From: Lingula anatina
Lineage: Eukaryota > Animalia > Brachiopoda
Direction of reading: 5' to 3'
NCBI GenBank assembly: GCA_051362555.1
Contig: CM120646.1
Location: 19,034,001-19,098,000, forward strand
DNA length: 64,000 bases
Shown piece after piece: positions 33,880 to 48,200 of the stretch. The stretch's first letter is position 1, and each line of letters starts with the position of its first letter. Under the pieces are notes generated by a model. It did no database searches. It saw only the letters and a list, made by a program, of their open reading frames with translations, and was not told the origin of the DNA. The translations under genes and the position numbers were made by a program.

Positions 33880-34290
33880 TTTTTGTGAAGAGTGCATAAT
33901 TCCTCAATATGAACTTTTCACCATTTCATCTTTCTTACTGAACCTAAACCATCCTATATATAAGAATCAGTAAGATCTTTTTGCAGTTTAAGACCATGCG
34001 CCTTAAAGAAGGTGCTTCCATCAGTATCTCTTAGTATCTTAAATGTTTTGAAGGCCACTAGAACAGTGTGGGTCAGCCCATGACAACGCAGATATAAGAG
34101 CTCAGCACGAGAGAACCAAGTTCAAACTGAAACCTTTCCTTCGCAGAAAGATGTAGGAGTAAGATCCTTCTACTTAGAAAGTCTTCTTCTTAACCTGTGT
34201 ATCAATTTCTATCCTCTGCAATCTTCCCACTGTGGAATACACTTAAAACTGGAGCCAGAAGTTCAGCTTCAGTCTGAATACTTTTCCACC
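33880..34290 (-). mobile_element. Degenerate CR1/L2-type LINE reverse-transcriptase remnant
   Basis: Minus-strand pieces LAPVLSVFHSGKIAED and LKLQKDL...W resemble CR1 RT motifs in the expected order; many disablements. Confidence 0.4.
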
Positions 34291-35891
34291 ATAAAAAAGT
34301 TTGTTTTCAATGAAATAGCTCCATCTTCTTCAGGCATGCTTGTGTACATGTGTGTGAATCTGAGTGCTGAATCATGTTAACTGAAACACACAAGAATTCA
34401 AATTTTCACACAACTATGTTTCATGTCTTCTGCTCATCTTTTCTAATTTTTTTTTTTGTTTTGTATTTCATGCACCCTTTGCCAACAAACTTGTGGTTGC
34501 TTCACAAATTAAGTACCCAGCAACACAAACTGTATATGAAACTGAATATTTCTGGTTTTTCAATGGTAGAAACTGTATCCCCACCATCACACCATAAGCC
34601 AGTAACAGTGGTATGGTTTGTTTATATTCAGTAAGCTTTGCTATGCAATACAGTTTATTGGTGTAGTACTCCACACACCCCAATACTAGTACAGGTCCTA
34701 CGTGTCTTTTTAGGGAGACCCTAACATGAATAATGACATTAAACAAATCACAGTTTTGGTACCCATGAGGGTGACCATTTTAAATTCCAAAGCTACCCAC
34801 TAACGCTTCCAGAGAGATTGGTTCAGACACTGCTGGATTATTTTGCCAACTTTTTGGGATTTTCTCACACATGTTTTGTTTTAATTTGATTTTCAATCCT
34901 AACTCAAAGTTTAAACAATACAGCAATTGTCAGCCATTCAAAGTTTCTACTCCACATGCAAGATGGTCTCAGGAATTTTACAGTAAATGAAGAAAAAATT
35001 TTAACTTGGACTCTATTTACCAGTCACTTCTTTCCTCAGCACAGGACTCCAGTATTCTAATGCATTGACTGTAAGTTTTGATAATGCCATTAAAGAATGA
35101 CTTTTCTAAATTAATGCTACATACCACAAATTATGATAAGGCCTTCATTATAACATTGTATTGTCCTTAGTCTTAATTTAGGCAATCTGCATACTCAAAA
35201 CCACTTATTTATGTAAAATAGTCACTGGAACAAGCAGCCTAAATGCTTTAAGATGCAAATTGTACTACTACATTATCTCCAATGAACTTCATCATTATTT
35301 GGAAATAAAAACATTAGACGGGACTTCTACAAACAGTCTGATTAAAAAAGACCCTCTGGTTATAAGATATCCTTGGCGATTAACTTTAATTTCAACAAGC
35401 TTTACCCAAACCTCCAAAAATTCTAGCAGAGGCATGCAGGAGAGCAAACTTAATGCAGCATAAAACATATAGTACAGGTCCAAATTGTTTTGGCAGCTGG
35501 TTTTTGCACCACATAGCACCCAAATAATGTGAAATGACTTGGATACTCCTCTGACTAGAATATGCACTCTGTCCTTAATAATAACTGCCATGATTCCTTT
35601 CCTAGTTCCTGGTCTAACTAATATGTACCTGGAGGCCAATCATTACTATTAATTTAATTACAATTTGGCAGAAATATTGCTGTATGTTATAAATGCAGAT
35701 ATTTAATTCAATTAAAATTTATGGGTGGTTATCTACTTTAATAATGTACTTTAAATATTTATCATTGCTGAAAATCTGTGCGCATTTTTAGCATAATTTT
35801 AAGAGAATTTTCTCTAGATCAGATACAAACTGATTTAATGTAGGTCTCACACACATAATATAAGTCTCAAAGGATCACAAAAGAACACTTA

Positions 35892-36147
35892 GGCTTCGTT
35901 CACATGCAATGTCTATTTTCTAAATTCTATTTTCTATTCGCGCTATCTTATGATCACGGTCTGTGCCTGAATATCCCGCCACGTAATTACTGGCAGCGCG
36001 AGCCAGTTACTTATAGTAACTTATAGTAACTGGCACGCGCTGCCAGTAATTACGCCACGGGATATTCAGTGCACAGACCGTGATCATAAGACATACCGCG
36101 AATAGATAATAGAATTTAGAAAATAGACATTGCATGTGAACGAAGCC
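35892..36147. mobile_element. PIF/Harbinger-type MITE, fully palindromic, TTA target-site duplication
   Basis: TTA|GGCTTCGTTCACATGCAATGTCTATTTTCTAAATTCTA ... TAGAATTTAGAAAATAGACATTGCATGTGAACGAAGCC|TTA. Confidence 0.9.
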
Positions 36148-38264
36148 TTATCTTTGTTTATCATACCCAATATACTGATACCACTTCTACATAAGATGCT
36201 GACCAGTGCATTGAGAAGATTCACACTGTATCTTGCCAAACTCTTAAAACAGCATTCCTAGAGTGCCTACACTTTACAAGTGTACTTGCCTGCACCAGCT
36301 AACACTTCAGTTTCCACCAAGTGTCTGCATGCACAGTGTGAGTGAAGTTTCCAGACAGTCATTCAAAGAGACAACCCAGCACTGTTGACATTTACTTGAA
36401 CCTCTCTTTTCACGATGGACTGTTCCATGCCTTGTTTTAATATTACCCCTGGCAGTGGACAGAAATTCCAACAAAACATATATTGAACTCAATCTGCAAT
36501 GGCTCTAAAATTACTGCCATGGCTTTTACAGAACTGAAGTGGCTGAAAGCATTGTTGAGAAGTACATCATAGATATGAGGAAAAAGAGTACAAACTTACC
36601 CCAAAATATATTCCTATGGAAATGTGAGCTACAACTTTCCACAAAACGCCGGTAGTACAACAGATAACACACATGTAGAAGAACTACTAGTATCAAGAGG
36701 AGTTGTTGGAGACGCTGTTCCAATCTGCCATTAATCCTGCTTCTCAGTCTACTATGACCTGTTTCTCTCTGGCACCACAACTACCAGCTGTTAGCCAACC
36801 ATCAGCCTCCACTGCATGCTTTGGGCAACAAACTTCTTGGGGAAGGGCAGAGGGCAAACGGATCATAAGCTTAAAATTCCCACAACCACTTGGGTAAAAT
36901 CTTTTAATGGGCCTCCCTGTCACTGTCTTATCATAGTAATCAATCCATTTTACATTCAGGGACCCTAATCTCCCATTCTGCTAATACATTTTAGTCTTAT
37001 TTGTTTTAATGGAAAACTTGATTATTTCCCATTAACCTCTCCCCTCTCTGTCTTAGGGGAGCATATCTCTGACCTGTCCACGTGGGTTGGTTAAAACTAC
37101 ACATGCTTCTTGTATTTTTATAGGGACTGACCTGTGCTTATTCATCTTCATGGTTGTTTTGAATTTACACTGCACCAGAATGGGAAGGCAATGATCACAG
37201 GGAAGATTACTGTAAGCAAAACCAGTTGCCCCAGAAACAAACATGTTGGAGCTTATGGTATAATCTTTTATAACAACAACCTCTTCACAGTTAGATACTT
37301 GGGGAGAAGATCCATTTTGGGATTATTTTTTGACAGGAGACAGTGATAAGATCATTTGATATGGAATCTGGGTTAGAAAAAAGGTTTTAAAACATAAGCT
37401 TAAAACACAATTCTTGCTGCTTTCATTTCTCAAATACATACAGAGGGCATACCCCCCCCCCCCCCCCCCCCCAGTAAATGATATGTAGATTTTGAAAACT
37501 GGATGACCACTAACAATACTTTCAACATCAACACCACATGTAGTGGACAAGTGACTCCTGTCCATCTCATCACAGACTAAAACATGCAGTTTCAATGGTA
37601 ATCAAAATATGCACTATAATTTTTTGTCTGTTCTCCTACATTTTGTGTGGATTTTCTTTCTTCATTAATTTATTTATTTCTCCCTCTTTCTTTCTTTCTT
37701 TCTTTTTTTTTTTTTTTTTTTTTGAAGTCGTCTATAAATAGCCTTTATTCGGTTGCTCACAATCTATGATCTAAAAGTTATTTGACAAAGGGCACAGGAC
37801 ACTGTGTTAGCTGATCTTAAAATGTTTGAGTTGAGATAATAAACTAGTTTATTAACTCCTAGCAAAACTATACAATCAATGTATTGTCATATTTAATACA
37901 GATATACATATTCACCATTTCAGCAGTGTATTTTTTTACAATTCAACTTGTATATAACATTCTACACCATTTATTGACGATTTTTTTCCCTTAGCTTAAT
38001 TAGCACCCAGTAGCTGTGGCCAAGCAGGTCACCTCACCTCTGTCAAGCATGATTGACCACAGCATTAACTGATGTCCAGAGACAGACTGTATACAGCAGA
38101 ACCAATCCCAAGACCACAACATGATGACCGATGACCAGATAGGCACTGTCCATCACTCTGGTCACCTCAATGTTAGGGGTGATAGCACATTGGTCAAATT
38201 TGTGGTGGGCTAAAGGCTTTGAAGGTGAAGAGGCACTCAAGACTTTTTACAATCAACTTTTGCC

Positions 38265-38298
<34 letters not shown>

Positions 38299-41200
38299 GA
38301 GGGGGGTGTACTCAGTTCCTTTTTAGTCCCTTTTTTTCTGTCAAACTATTTGCTGGATTATCTTCATCAGTTCTAGAAGCAATAAATCAAGAAAACTACT
38401 TCACTTTGCTTCCTTGTTCATTCAGAAAGTGCTCATAATACCAAATTACAGTAATTCATATCCTGAGCTATGGCTCTAGAAATAAACAAAATAGAAAAAA
38501 AAACACACACAACTGACCAATGGTGTAAATAACTGAAATCCATGGAGGCATCTAACAGTCTGCAACTTCTTTCCTGACCGGTGAAAGTGGCAATAAATAA
38601 AGTAACGAACTGAGAAATTTGGCACGACTTGATAATTTGATCATTCATCAAATTTGTCTTGGACATGCTGCACTTTGTGCTACAGTAGGGCAAGAATTGA
38701 TTGCAAATGAGACTAATTTACATTTTTTTTCATTCTTACTGACACATGCTGTCTATTGTAAATCATCACACCAAGGAAACTTAATTGTCCTCAGGAAATT
38801 CAGAAAAGTATATTGAATTATAAATAAGACTTCAATGTGTAACCTCTAGGGTTCTTAGGTTCTTACAAATGGATAGATGTGAAAAGGGTGGGTTGAGAGG
38901 TAAACATGGGGGGGGGGGGGGAAGAGGTGGGGGGGTACCTTGCCTATAACAGGAAATGTCACCAGAATGATAAATTTGCACTGACCACAAAGGTCTCACC
39001 TTGACCATCTTTGTGACACAACACACAAGTGACCACTGTGGTCAGTGTTTATAGAGGAAGTGGCAATAACAGCAAAAATTTGTTAGAACCTGCTCCTGGG
39101 CCAGAAGGTCTCTCAGCCTCAGCAACTCTTTGCGGAGTGGAAATCCTTCTTCCTAAAGACATGTACACAATATGTTTTTTTCTAAAACATTCCTCAAGTC
39201 ACTAATGGGGAGCACACATTTTGAAAAAAAAATCTATTTAAAAAGTCATCAAGATTATTTATTATTTAAAATGTGAATGTTACTTCTCTCAAGTAATCAC
39301 TTAGAAGAGTTATGATTCAGAACTTTGTATGTGATTCATGAATTTTATAGCAATTAACTATTTATAAAAATGTTCAAAGAAGAAGTCAAAGTTCAAAGAA
39401 GTCTCCCCACCCCACTTCTGCTTTATTTTTTTCTCTAATTCCACATCCAGAAGAGCACTGTGTGGCCCAAAACAGCACTTATTGTTGGAAAACTATTCAC
39501 CATTACCACAACATGAATTTCATATCATAAAATTGTCATGAGGCATTATATAATCTTAGACTATATTAATAAAGGCTAAGTTTCATGGGGAACTGAAACT
39601 CTCCTATCTTGCTTCTGCCTGTTCCTGTAACCCCTCTATCCCCTGAAGCTCAGGGTGCAACTATAGAATTACTGAGAAAAAGTGATATTACATGAAGGCA
39701 TCCATCCTTGCATTTATGTCTAACCTTGCACGTCCACGTTACCTTCTTGAGTAAGACAAATGTTTTCTGCGTTCCTCCAATGATTCATACACACAACCTC
39801 CCTGGTTATCTGAGGAAATATGACATATTCATCATTCCACCTCCTCTCTATTGCTCCATATCTCATCACCACGCAGCATAACATGTGTGATAGCTGGAGC
39901 GTGTGTATAGATGTGACATTTACAACAATTTCCTGGAGGAACAGAGAGCTTGCCAAGAGAAACTTCATTTGTTCATAATGTGGCCATGCATGGGTTTTAC
40001 TGAAAATGCACACCAACACTCACAGGCGTATGTAGATTTGTATACGCACATACACAAACATAATTCAGAATTTAGTTATCTTCAATACAGCAATCAATTC
40101 TTTATCTGCTTTTGCCAGTTCAGAACATGCTGAGATGTATTCATGCTGCACAAACTGCACTATAGCAATTCTTCATTATATTCATAGGAAAAACTTTAAT
40201 CTGCAGCAATTTCACATTTTGTCCTTTAATTCTATTATCCTGCTAGATTCCCCCCTGATTATCTTTTAAAGATAATGATCTATACGAACGTTGCCTTTTT
40301 TATTCCATTTTCTTAAAGTCCCTGTTTTGTCACCCATTTTCCTTTTAATATCATTATCTTTCCACATGTTGTCCATTTATTCCATTTCCTTCCAGTTTTA
40401 CCATGTCAAGTAAATAAGCACAACAAAGCAATGACACAGTGGTGAATATACACCCAAGAACCAACAAATCAATTAAAAGATAAACTGTCCCCCTTGTAAG
40501 GAAGCGGCAGACCAATCAAAACTGCTGTAATCAAACCGCAGAAAAAGCCCTCGATCCCGGCCCTTCCCAGCAGGCCTCTCTCCATGCCGGAGACGCGTGT
40601 CTCGTGGTCCAAAGCAAGATTGATCTGCGACCTGGGTGAAACAATGTTGAAGCACATCTTGATTGAGTGATGTTTTTAACTGAGTGTAACATCTTGAAAC
40701 TTTATGTATGAGCCATGCTCTTTGTGTTGTCTTACTTTTGAGGCAGAACAAAGGAACTTTCTGGCGTCGACTGAAAAAACTACTTAACTTTTGATGCAAG
40801 TGTTTGCTTGACTGAAATTTTCGTTTGATGCATAAAAAAAGTCAGGACCTTAAAAAATTATAGTAAATGCTTCTGTGAGTAGTTGTTTCAAAAACTTATT
40901 TAAAACATTTTGACATCCACAGTACCATGCAGATTAGTGTACACTTAACATGGATGTATAAATGACAGAAGGCTATCACTCCCTCTCTTCACATGAACAT
41001 AACAACAAGAAAAAATAACAGGACATAAAAAAATAAAAAGTTACAGTCTTATTACATGCATTTTAAATACTTATTGGCCTTTTCATATTACATAAATTTA
41101 TATTAATCTCATAAAATGGGATCGTTTTTAATTTTAGGTTGCCCCAAAATTTATGTGTGCACCTCCCCCAAGAAAAAAAATTCATTTTCAAGACAAGCAA

Positions 41201-41592
41201 TACATTTAACTGAGAGAGCAGTACTGTCAATCAAATCGAAATGCTCAAAGTGCCTTACAATGTCTGTACCCTGAGGGGGTCAATACTAGATATAAGTACT
41301 GCATCTGCACTGCTTTTTGTCTATAAGTACTCAGTCAATAGACAAATATTGCTTGTTGAAATATTTATCATGTTCTATACAAGATTTCAGCAACTTCTGT
41401 TTATGGATTTTACATGAAATCAGAACAAACAGAAGGTAGAACCCAGAGGAATGGGGACATCTGCTGTTTAAGAAGCAAAACATAAACACAAACAGCTCTA
41501 ATTGAACATTTTTGATAACAAAATGTCTGCTTTCACTGCATATTGTTTCAAATCTTAAACAATGTACTATGATATTTAAGAAAAAAACTTTT

Positions 41593-43806
41593 AACAAGGC
41601 AGCAAAGCTGTCAAATGTACAGACAAAAAGCAGACAATAACAATGCACAATACAGGCTACTGTCAATTCTGATGCAAAAGTACATTATGCTTAACTGCAA
41701 ATTCAACATCAAATTTTAATTATGCTCAACAGGTAATACCAATGTAAGTGAAATGTGTAACAAGCGTAAGGCTTCAGGCCCATGGGAGTTTAAGTTCACA
41801 CTTTGAAAATGCCAGAATGAGAAAAATGAAAATTTCACATAAAACTGCTTAAATTCAATAATAAATGATAATCCATTTGAGCTGGCTTTCTAATTTGAAC
41901 TGCATGCCAATCCTACAAATCATACTTGTAAGTTGAAAATAATAATAAGTAACACAGTTTTCTTTTCATAATGTTTGTAGTAGCAGTGCAAAAAGATTTT
42001 TGTCAATTTTGATGTAACATTACATAATAAATTACAGAATAATTATCACCAATTTTTGATTATTGACTAAAAATAGCATGGACATGTAGAAAATTTGATT
42101 ACCATTTGGCTTCATGTCCATGGGAGCTTCGAGTCCCACAATGAATATGCCAACATGATAAAAATGAATATTTCACTCAAATGTATAACTCTCAGAAAAA
42201 GAAGCCAATTAGACTGCTTTTCCAACTCAGGCTGCATTTTAGTCCTTTGTTTCTTTTTTGAAAGTTTGACAATCATAAGTAACATGGTTTTCCCATAATG
42301 GTCATCATGGCAGCAGCACCCAAAATTGTTTTTTCTTCTATTTTAATGCAATATTACATAATGCTTAACAGCATAATGACCATCAGTTTTTAATAATAAA
42401 AGATCCGTATCGTGGATTTCCAGAAAATGTGACTAGCATGGGTCTTCAAGCCCGTGGAGGTTCTAAGTCACACCTTGAAAATGCCAATATGTGAAAAATT
42501 AAATTTTCACAAAAAACTGATTAACTGCCAAAAAAAAAAAAAATTACCAAATAATCTGCATTGCCCACTGAAGCTTTATTTAAGTCCCATGTTTCTTCCT
42601 GTAAGTTTGCGAACAGTAAGTGACATGGTTTTCCTTAAATGGTCATCATGGGAGCAGTGTCCAAAATAGGGGTGTCTTCAAATTTTGATGCACTATTACA
42701 TAATGTTTAACAGGATAATTACCATCAATTTTTAATAATAAAATATTAGTATCATGGATATTCAGAAAATGTTCCTAGCAAAGGTCTTCAGGCCAAAGGA
42801 ACTTCAAAGTCACACCTTGAAAATGCCAAAATGTAAACAAGACAGCACTGTCCTGAAATGTTTTTTTTTTCCATTTTTAACATTTTTTTAACATATAACA
42901 AAATTAACAATTTACTGCCATTTATATATGATCAACTAAGAAAATTGATGAGATGGGAAAAATATCAATAGAACAGTGTTTAATGTCCAATTTCCTCCTT
43001 TCTGAGTTTCTGAACATAGTGAATGAATGAATCTGACAAACTGCAATGATATGAGTTTATTTCCCTTTTTGAAACTCTATTATACAATACATGATAACAA
43101 GTTTACCATCATTTTTACATAATCAACTAACAATGTTGTAAAGATGCAGGAAATGTCAAACAAACACTTTTACGAATCTTATTAGTTAAATAATGAGACT
43201 GTTAACATGCCTAAGAATTGAATCTGAGGAAATGTTTAAAAACAGCATAACTTATAAAATAATGGCCCGATTATGCTGATTTTCGAACTTGACCTGCATT
43301 TTAGTAAGGTTAATTACTCCTGTGAGTTTCATGACAACAGGTCTATCGGTTTTCCTTGAAATGTGTTAACAGTGTTGCACATATGCTGAAAAGTGAAAAA
43401 AACAGCATAACTACTAAAATAGTGGCCCGATCATGCCGATTTTCGAACTTGATCTGCGTTTTAGTAAGATTAATTACTCCTGTGAGTTTCATGACAACAG
43501 GCCTATCGGTTTTCCTTGAAATGTGTTAACAGTGTTGCATATATGCTAAAAAGTGAAAACACAGCATAAATACTACAATAATTGTCCAAACATGCTGATT
43601 TTCGAACTTGACCTGCGTTTTATGAATATTCATCAGCTCTGTAAATATAAAGCCAAAAAGTTAAACTGTCTTCCACTTATTGTGTTAACGATGAAAGTGC
43701 ACGGCGACGGCGACGGCGACGGCAACATCGACGGCGACAGGGACGGCGACGGCGACGACAGACGCAGGTGATGGCAATATGTACAGACACATCTGTGTCT
43801 GTACAT
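41593..43806 (-). mobile_element. Full-length (~2.2 kb) non-autonomous Helentron/HINE element
   Basis: Sub-terminal inverted repeat ATGTACAGACA, terminal palindrome and stem-loop, (GGCGAC)n, ~340-bp and ~160-bp internal tandem units; inserted in a T/A run with no TSD. Confidence 0.85.
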
Positions 43807-44130
43807 AAAAACTGGGTGTTTTCAAGTAGAACTCGACTTCTCAATGATTCTTTCTGCATAACTGATAAGTATGCCTTGAAACAAAGCCAAACCAGTTGAG
43901 TTACTCTACTCATTTTTCAAATGTGAGATAAAAAAAAAATCTAAACCAAACAAAATATCCACCTTTCTCTCACCTGTACAGCCTGTTTTTCAATCTTGCA
44001 CCATGGAACCTTCCACAACCAACCTGAGATATGTCTTTAATGTGAAGTTTAAGTGGTTAGGCCTTTGCCTCCAGGGCAACAATCTTGAGCAGAAGACGGA
44101 CATTATCAGTGCTGATGTATCGCAGCACTG

Positions 44131-44426
44131 GGGTCAGTTTCACAAAAAGAAAAAAATTAAGACCGAAAGATGGTCTTTAACTTTTTAGCCAAAGTTTCGG
44201 TCTATTTCAGCTCTGATGAACAGTGTATCTAAAAGTGTAATAATTTATTTCATCTTACAAACTGGTCCAAAACATTTAATTTAATTAGACCACTTCCTAT
44301 TTATCTTGCACCAATTTGAATAAAGACCATTCACATCAATAATAGTACCTTAGTTTTCTTACCTTAGCATTGTAATACAGTTAAGACCAATTTTCGGGCC
44401 AAAGTTATTTTTCAGGAAACAGGCCC
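44131..44426. mobile_element. Harbinger-like MITE with CTG TSD
   Basis: CTG|GGGTCAGTTTC ... GAAACAGGCCC|CTG, imperfect TIRs. Confidence 0.65.
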
Positions 44427-45199
44427 CTGATCTCCAAATGAAGGGTAATGTGAACATGTTCAAGGAAGTACCTGAAGAAAGGTTGCCGCTTCAACCATGA
44501 AATAAGACGTCAAGAAAAAGGTTCCTCAGAAAATCTATAAGGTGTGTTATGGTGGTGTTGATATTTTTGTTTTATTATTAGCAGCACAACACTATTTCTG
44601 CACATTTTTCTGTGAAAATATTTCAACAAAAATTCCAAACTCATTTTAATTGGATAAGATAGCTAAAATAATACATTTAAAATATGCCTTTTTGTAACTT
44701 ATAGGCTCTTGGAGCACCAAAAGAAACATATAAACCAGGCAAATAAATGTACAAATCTGACACAAAAAAAGAAAGACTACACAAATTCATTTGTGACAGC
44801 AAAGGAGAAACAAAACAGAAGATCTCTCCTGGTACTGCGAGATGACATGACCCTTTTAGCTCAGATACACGTCCATGATTATCTGATTCTACAACTACAA
44901 GTTGTATTCACCTATAACATTGCCTCAAGCAACATGGGACCAGGCAGCAAACACCAGGGCCTAGCAAGCTTTTCTGTGGTAAAAATAAGAAAGATTTTTC
45001 ATGTAAACATTCCACTCAGTGATTGACTTATGGAAGGAACAGACATGTAATACAAACATATATTTTTTTTTTTGTAATCTACAGAATTAGGATACAAAGT
45101 TTGAATTACCTGTATGCCTGGATGAATAATTCTGAAAATCTCTTCAACAAACCTCATTCCTCTTATATCAGTTCTGCACTTCAATATTTGGTTTGTAAG

Positions 45200-45201
<2 letters not shown>

Positions 45202-45244
<43 letters not shown>
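45202..45244. repeat. (TTA)n microsatellite
   Basis: Perfect trinucleotide run. Confidence 0.95.
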
Positions 45245-45246
<2 letters not shown>

Positions 45247-48200
45247 TTCAATTTTAGGGGTATTTTGAAGGTCTATCACCAGATACAAAGATTCCTATCA
45301 ATGGTAAGTGTTGGAAAGCTGATCCTCACTTTTATGAGTATAAAGTAGAATTAAGGATAAAATAACATATTTTTAACCACCACCAAATAAAACCAGGCTG
45401 TGCAAATGGAAAAAGAAAAGAAAAACTACTCGTCAAAATGTGATCTCTTTGGATAATCAAACACAAAAATATGTACTGTACAGCACAGAAGCATACTGCA
45501 GGAACTGCATACTAAGTAAAGTACCAGTTTCAATATGCCACAAAGAAGCAAATGTTCAAATCTATGCACTGCACACACTTGCACTATGCAAACCCTGCAT
45601 CTTTCCATGCACCAAATGCATATGTGGCCTAACTAAGATGCCAATTTGGTGAGGTTGGGTGCTGGTTTTAGCAAGTTTTGTAAAGTTCTGTAATGCCGGC
45701 AGTGTCTTAGATCTGTTGGCGTGCATCAATGAAAGGTGAGGCATGCCACGCGAGATTCGTTTAAGTGGGGCAGGGGTGATGTAATGATTACAATGTGATA
45801 CCAGGTGAAAGCTGCAAAAAAAAAAAAAAAAAAAAAAAAGATTATTCATGTAAACATTCCATGGGGTTCTGTACTTTTTTAATTTTTAGAACTTTCTTTG
45901 TATTTTAAATAATCACATGTAGTTGGGTGTTTTTTTTTATAGAACAACTGATATTATTTTCAGTTCTTATCTCAATTAATGTTTCACTTTTTTTTCCAGC
46001 AATGCATTAAACCATGAATTTCTGATAAATATTAATAACGCAATCATTCTGATTTTGACATGATGTTAGTTTTTTACCCCATGTGACGGCAATGGAAATA
46101 AAAGCAAAACCAATCTTGTTGTCTCTAACTCATTCTGATAGAAAAATCTATATGATATAGTTGTTATTAAATACAAACATACCAAAGCTCCTCTGAATCA
46201 ATAAACACTGCTGTTAGCACCAAATGATTGAAAACAAATAAATCCTCTTCTCCTGATAATCACTTAAAAGCCTCTTATGCCTAAATTATTGTTTTCACTA
46301 TAGATTGCTATCTATTAATTCACCAAACCAACATGAATAAAGTATCCAAGCAGAGAGTAAAATTTCCAAAGCGTCCTTTTCTAATCTGTCCATTAACCCA
46401 CCTGTACCTGTACTAATCATGTTAATAAAGTAGCCAGTCAGGGTAATCCCTTGCTAATCTGGGGATTTGGGTAATTAGCTGAATAGAGCTGATTACTGAA
46501 CGAGGTAAGCTAGAACAACAAGGAGCCAGCAAAGTGGCAGGTAACAAACAAACTTCAGGACATCTGTTTAATCAACTTAATTTTCATGTTATATTTAATC
46601 ATTTGGTTTTGTTGATGAGCATTATCATCTGTCCGTTGAATAAGTGCAGTATTAAATATAGATATGTCAATACCAAATTTAAGTCAGGGATACCACATGG
46701 CACCCTTAATTTCTGAAACAGAGGCATTTTTTACAAGAATTCAATTTTCTGAAAGTCAGTTCTAAAAGCATAAAAATGCTGCACACATGGTGCAGTTTCA
46801 GAAACAAATAATTATCATTTTTTCTCTATAGCAATTAATCTAATTACCTTTCAATCATGTAGACTGGGCATTCTGGAACAGGCTACAACTGTATAAGGTC
46901 TGTTTGTTTTCCAAAATCAACTACTTCAAAGTGGAACAGAATTCAAAGACCTAGAAAAAATAATAAATTTCATGAAAATCATGCTCACCTCATACAATGA
47001 TAAAACAAGCTTCCAGCTAAATTTAAGAAAGAAAAAAAAAAAACTCCTGGAAAAATCTCACTCCCTCACTTACTAATATTACCAACAGTTAATTCTTTTA
47101 AACAGTCCTTCCTGAAATACAATAATAAGTTTATCACGTACACCAAGGTTTTTGCCCAGACAACATCAGACTTCAACGTGAAATGCTCCTACAGTTGCCT
47201 GTCTGTCTGTCTGCAGCATCACTCCACAAACTGATGACACTACTGTAACCTAAGATAATCTTAACCAGTGTCTGGTTTCAAAAAATTACAACAAAAGTCA
47301 ACTTTATCTTTTGGCCATTATTCCAATTTACTTAGACCCCAAGATAAATTAGTATTAGTCCCATCAGATGAAATATTATGTCTGTTATATAATAAGGCAG
47401 AAGCAGCTACTGTTTTAGTCCTATGACCCATCAAACAAAAGATGGATGGGCTTTGATTTAGACTAATAATTACCCTTTTTTATGTTGCAGCTCTCTCCAG
47501 AAATGAAGGGGACTAAATAAAATTTTGGTCTAAAAGTAACAACCAACTTTTGATCTACAGTTCTTGAGTGAAGCTGGCCCCAGTGTCTGGTAATCCTCTC
47601 AGTGATACAAACATACACCACAGTCTCTGTATATCTGCAGTACAGGGCAGCAGGACAAGGAAGTGAGTAATGTGACAAAATCACCAATCTCCAAACTCAA
47701 AGGAATGCTACAGGATACATTACTTTCTGTTCACCAACAATACAGATTCCAGGCAAGTGTGAAAAACATTTCTGCCTTACACAATGGAAAGTTACTGATG
47801 CTTATTAATTGTCCCAACACAGGGCACAGAGGCAATGCCCAGTGGCCCCTACCATGGACAATTACTAATGATAAGGAGACAACCTCCAGGAGCTTGGCAG
47901 AGGACATCTTTAATTATGGAGAAAAGACTTTCAAAAAGAGAAACAGAAAAGTGTTTCTTTTTTATAGCACTATTACATTTTCAAAGATTGTTTGCTACAA
48001 TCTTTCTTATATGAAAATAAACTATCCTTGTTCATTTTCTTCACAAGAAACATCACTGAAAATATTATTCAAGTATATGAAAAACACTTTATTTGTGTTT
48101 AACATCCTCTTATGAGATCATTTTCATAATAGATTAAAACATCTTTCTCATTTGAAAAGTTCAACAAACCTCATAACTATAGACAAAAACACACAACATT

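Noticed and set aside
47663-48115. 150-aa plus-strand ORF
   Set aside because: Non-ATG start, AT-rich composition, no recognisable domain or splice structure.
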